From Candidatus Baldrarchaeum yapensis (GTDB lineage Archaea > Asgardarchaeota > Baldrarchaeia > Baldrarchaeales > Baldrarchaeaceae), in the NCBI GenBank assembly GCA_016840465.1, contig JAEOSH010000019.1, positions 1 to 31,109 of the forward strand: a stretch of DNA of 31,109 bases, read 5' to 3'. The number at the start of each line of letters is the position of its first letter. Positions within the stretch are counted from its first letter, which is position 1. Made by a program: the position numbers and the translations under genes. The notes under the pieces were generated by a model. It was not told where the DNA came from and made no database searches. It saw only the letters and a program-made list of their open reading frames with translations. Positions 28,458 through 31,109 of this stretch are shown here, piece by piece.

Positions 28458-29639
28458 TTGGGGGTGTGTGATGTGATTATTAAGAGGAAAGTTGCGGTAG
28501 TTGGTGCCGGTTTGACGCTCTTCAGGAGGAGAATGCAGGAAACATCGAGGGAACTCGCATGGGAAGCGACCAAGATGGCCCTAGAGACCGCTGGTATCGA
28601 ACTTAAGGACGTAGAATGTGTAGTGATGGGATCTGCTCCCGATGCGTTTGATGGTATTCATATGAAGGGCGAGAACTTGGCGGATGGATGCGGTGGCTGG
28701 AGGAAACCCTACACTAGGGTGTTCGTTGGCGGTGGAACTGGGGTTTTCGTTCCAATAGCCGCGTGGTGGCATGTTGCCTCCGGGCATTTTGATATATGCC
28801 TAGCCGTTGCTGAGGAGAAGATGAGCCCTTGTCATCCACATCCTCAGTGGGCGTTCCACACGATATTCGACCCGATACTTTCTAGGCCCCTCGGGGTCAA
28901 TCTGATATGGATATTCGCGCTCGAGATGCACCGCTACATGTACAAGTATGGCATAAAGAAAGAGGATATTGCTCTAGTTTCGGTGAAGAACAAGGCGAAC
29001 GCACTTGATCACCCGTGTGCACAGCTTGCTGCGAAAATTACTGTTGAGGACGTGTTGAATTCCGAAGTGCTAGTATGGCCCGTTCAGAGATTGGATATCA
29101 GCCCGATAACAGACGGTGCAGCGGCAATTGTGTTGGCGTCTGAGGATGTTGCCAAAAAGCTTACTGATTCACCTGTATGGATAGAGGGTGTCGGATGGTG
29201 CCTTGATTCAAGATACTGGACGAACAGAGATCTTGCCTATCCAAAGTACGTCGAGTATGCAGCGAGAATGGCATATAAGATGGCGGGAATCCATAACCCG
29301 CCCAAGGAGATAGACGTTGCGGAAGTGTATGACCCGTTCGACTACAAGGAATTGCATCACATGGAGGGTCTCCTATTAGCTAGAAAGGGCGAAGCGCCGA
29401 AGCTTACGAAGGAAGGAGTCACTCAGAGAGACGGAGACCTTCCGATAAACCCATCCGGAGGACTACTAGGCGTAGGAAACCCGATCGCTGCAGCGGGGTT
29501 AATGAAAGTTTGCGAGATATTCTGGCAGTTGAGGGGAGAGGCGGGCAAAAGGCAAGTTCCTGGAGACCCGAGGACCGGACTTGCTCAAGCTTGGGGAGAC
29601 CTGATGCAGATAGGTACTGTTATTGTGATGAGGGCGTGA
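28458..29639 (+). CDS. Second thiolase-fold protein lacking the nucleophilic Cys
   Basis: RKVAVVGAG, VGGGTG at the CxSG site, YDPF, NPSGG and GNP. The start may be GTG 28473. Confidence 0.88.
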   Translation: MGVCDVIIKRKVAVVGAGLTLFRRRMQETSRELAWEATKMALETAGIELKDVECVVMGSAPDAFDGIHMKGENLADGCGGWRKPYTRVFVGGGTGVFVPIAAWWHVASGHFDICLAVAEEKMSPCHPHPQWAFHTIFDPILSRPLGVNLIWIFALEMHRYMYKYGIKKEDIALVSVKNKANALDHPCAQLAAKITVEDVLNSEVLVWPVQRLDISPITDGAAAIVLASEDVAKKLTDSPVWIEGVGWCLDSRYWTNRDLAYPKYVEYAARMAYKMAGIHNPPKEIDVAEVYDPFDYKELHHMEGLLLARKGEAPKLTKEGVTQRDGDLPINPSGGLLGVGNPIAAAGLMKVCEIFWQLRGEAGKRQVPGDPRTGLAQAWGDLMQIGTVIVMRA

Positions 29640-29643
29640 GGAG

Positions 29644-30186
29644 GTGGTTAAGGTGAGTGAGAAGATAAAGGAGTATCCGGGGCATCCCCTATCTGAGCAG
29701 GATATCTCTACTGGCAAGGTTTTAACAACAAAATGGCGCCCTAAGGCCAGATATATGTATGCTGCTGGAGTTGCGATAAGCAAGTTTCTCGAAGAATTGA
29801 AAAACGGGAGAATTGTGGGAAGAAAGTGCAGAAAGTGCGGAAGGATCCTCGTGCCACCTCGAATGTACTGCGAGTGGTGCTTTAGACCGACGGACGAATG
29901 GGTTTACGTCAAGGACACGGGCAGGGTCGTTACTGCGGTCATAAGTTACATAGCCGCCGATAGGGCAAGGCTCGAAAAGCCGGAGATAATTGCAGTTATA
30001 GAGTTGGACGGCGCGTCACCCGGTATGGGCATTCTCCACAAACTCGGTGAGGTGGATCCCGAGGACGTAAAGAATATGAAGGTCTTCGGGATGAGGGTAA
30101 AAGCTGTATGGAAGCCACCTGAAGAGAGGGAGGGGTCGATTACCGACATTCTATACTTCAGACCATTAAAGGAGGGTGAGGAGTAA
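29644..30186 (+). CDS. DUF35 Zn-ribbon/OB-fold protein
   Basis: GRKCRKCG...PPRMYCEWC and GMRVKAVW. Confidence 0.92.
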   Translation: MVKVSEKIKEYPGHPLSEQDISTGKVLTTKWRPKARYMYAAGVAISKFLEELKNGRIVGRKCRKCGRILVPPRMYCEWCFRPTDEWVYVKDTGRVVTAVISYIAADRARLEKPEIIAVIELDGASPGMGILHKLGEVDPEDVKNMKVFGMRVKAVWKPPEEREGSITDILYFRPLKEGEE

Positions 30187-30659
30187 TGTCGCTTGAGAAG
30201 ATTAGGGATCCCGAAAGAATGAGACGCTGGCCGGGTCATATGGAAACTGATTATGTTTACACAGTTGGCCTAGCGGGCGAGAGATTCTTCAGGGAAATAA
30301 AGGATAACGGCAAGTTTTATGGCACGCGTTGCGAAAAATGCGGAATAACTTACTTCCCGGCGAGGACCTTCTGCGAGAGGTGCCTCTCGGAGTTAAAGGA
30401 GTGGGTTGAGGTATCCCCGCGGGGATACGTTGAGATGTATACTATCGCATATATGGATCTCGAGGGCAATAAGTTAGAAAAGCCGGAGATCTGGGCGTTC
30501 ATAAGGTTTGAAGGAGTATTCGGTGGCTTGGTTCACAAGCTTGGCGAAGTGAAGCCTGAGGAAGTCAAGATAGGAATGGTGGTCGAACCAGTTCTAAAGC
30601 CTAAAGAGCAACGCGAAGGATCAATCACTGACATTCTCTATTTCAAACCAGCGAAGTGA
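30186..30659 (+). CDS. DUF35 Zn-ribbon/OB-fold protein
   Basis: GTRCEKCG...PARTFCERC and IGMVVEPV. Confidence 0.92.
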   Translation: MSLEKIRDPERMRRWPGHMETDYVYTVGLAGERFFREIKDNGKFYGTRCEKCGITYFPARTFCERCLSELKEWVEVSPRGYVEMYTIAYMDLEGNKLEKPEIWAFIRFEGVFGGLVHKLGEVKPEEVKIGMVVEPVLKPKEQREGSITDILYFKPAK

Positions 30660-30729
30660 TCTCAGGTATTATCTTTTCATTTTTAATCATTATTTAAGAC
30701 GAGAAAAGTATTTCGGAGTGGTGAGGCAT

Positions 30730-31109
30730 ATGCTTTTGAGTCCCTTTGGCCCCGAGTTGGAGAAGTTTAGGGAAGAAGTAATATCATTTCTCGAGAGGGA
30801 GTTGGTTCCGCTAGTTGACAAAATAGAGAGGGAGAATTACTTTGCTAGGGAGTTCATAGAGGCCTGCGGGCGGGAGGGATATCTAGGATCCCTTTTTCCT
30901 AAAGAATATGGAGGGACGGAAAGAGGCGCGATGGCAGAGGTGATAATCGCGGAGGAAACCGCAGCGGTATGCCCTGCCATAGAGATGGCGAGAGCCTCCA
31001 GTTGCGTACTCTTCGCGTTCCCCGTTTTTAAGTTTGGTACCGAGGAACAGAGGAGAGAATATCTTGCTCCGGTGATTAAGGGAGAGAAGTTAGGAGCATT
31101 GGGAATAAC
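30730..31109 (+). CDS. Acyl-CoA dehydrogenase, 5' part (runs off the window)
   Basis: MLLSPFGPELEKFREEV...FPKEYGG...AEE...FGTEEQRREYL...GEKLGALGI; GGTGAGG RBS. Not in the ORF track because there is no stop in the window. Confidence 0.9.
   Translation, partial: MLLSPFGPELEKFREEVISFLERELVPLVDKIERENYFAREFIEACGREGYLGSLFPKEYGGTERGAMAEVIIAEETAAVCPAIEMARASSCVLFAFPVFKFGTEEQRREYLAPVIKGEKLGALGI

Noticed and set aside
1427-30239. Numerous 60-170 aa ORFs antisense to or nested in the called genes
   Set aside because: Shadow ORFs: fully overlapped by motif-bearing genes, with Ser/Pro-rich antisense composition.
1-31109. CRISPR array, rRNA, tRNA or integrase/provirus
   Set aside because: No repeat-spacer periodicity, stable-RNA signatures or viral hallmark genes were seen by eye.

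Overview
Archaeal window, most likely from a thermophilic Asgard archaeon (inference from a Rab-like GTPase, a longin-like domain and GGAGGTGA-type RBSs). Most of it is intact housekeeping and catabolic genes: M42 and M29 peptidases, Trm14, CoxD/CoxE, a PRTase, a MetB-like enzyme, CYTH, an Fe-S hydro-lyase alpha subunit, VapBC, MFS/MBL/HAD, DUF2148 plus an enolase-family enzyme, two acyl-CoA dehydrogenases, TrpB2, and two thiolase-like plus two DUF35 genes. The ORF track misses several things. (i) Two intergenic C/D-box guide RNAs: one complementary to 23S helix 69 at the A1913-equivalent site, one probably targeting domain V. (ii) A ~155-nt, 73% GC structured RNA that resembles a stand-alone TnpB omega-RNA-like right end with no tnpB. 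(iii) A frameshifted gene that reconstructs to ectodomain-TM-cytoplasmic longin. (iv) A broken Ig-like surface glycoprotein gene, a broken PIN toxin and a broken DDE transposase. (v) An ATA-initiated 8-Cys zinc finger and a Trp-containing micro-ORF ahead of trpB2. No tRNA, rRNA or CRISPR array was seen. All family calls come from motif recognition by eye; no database search was run.
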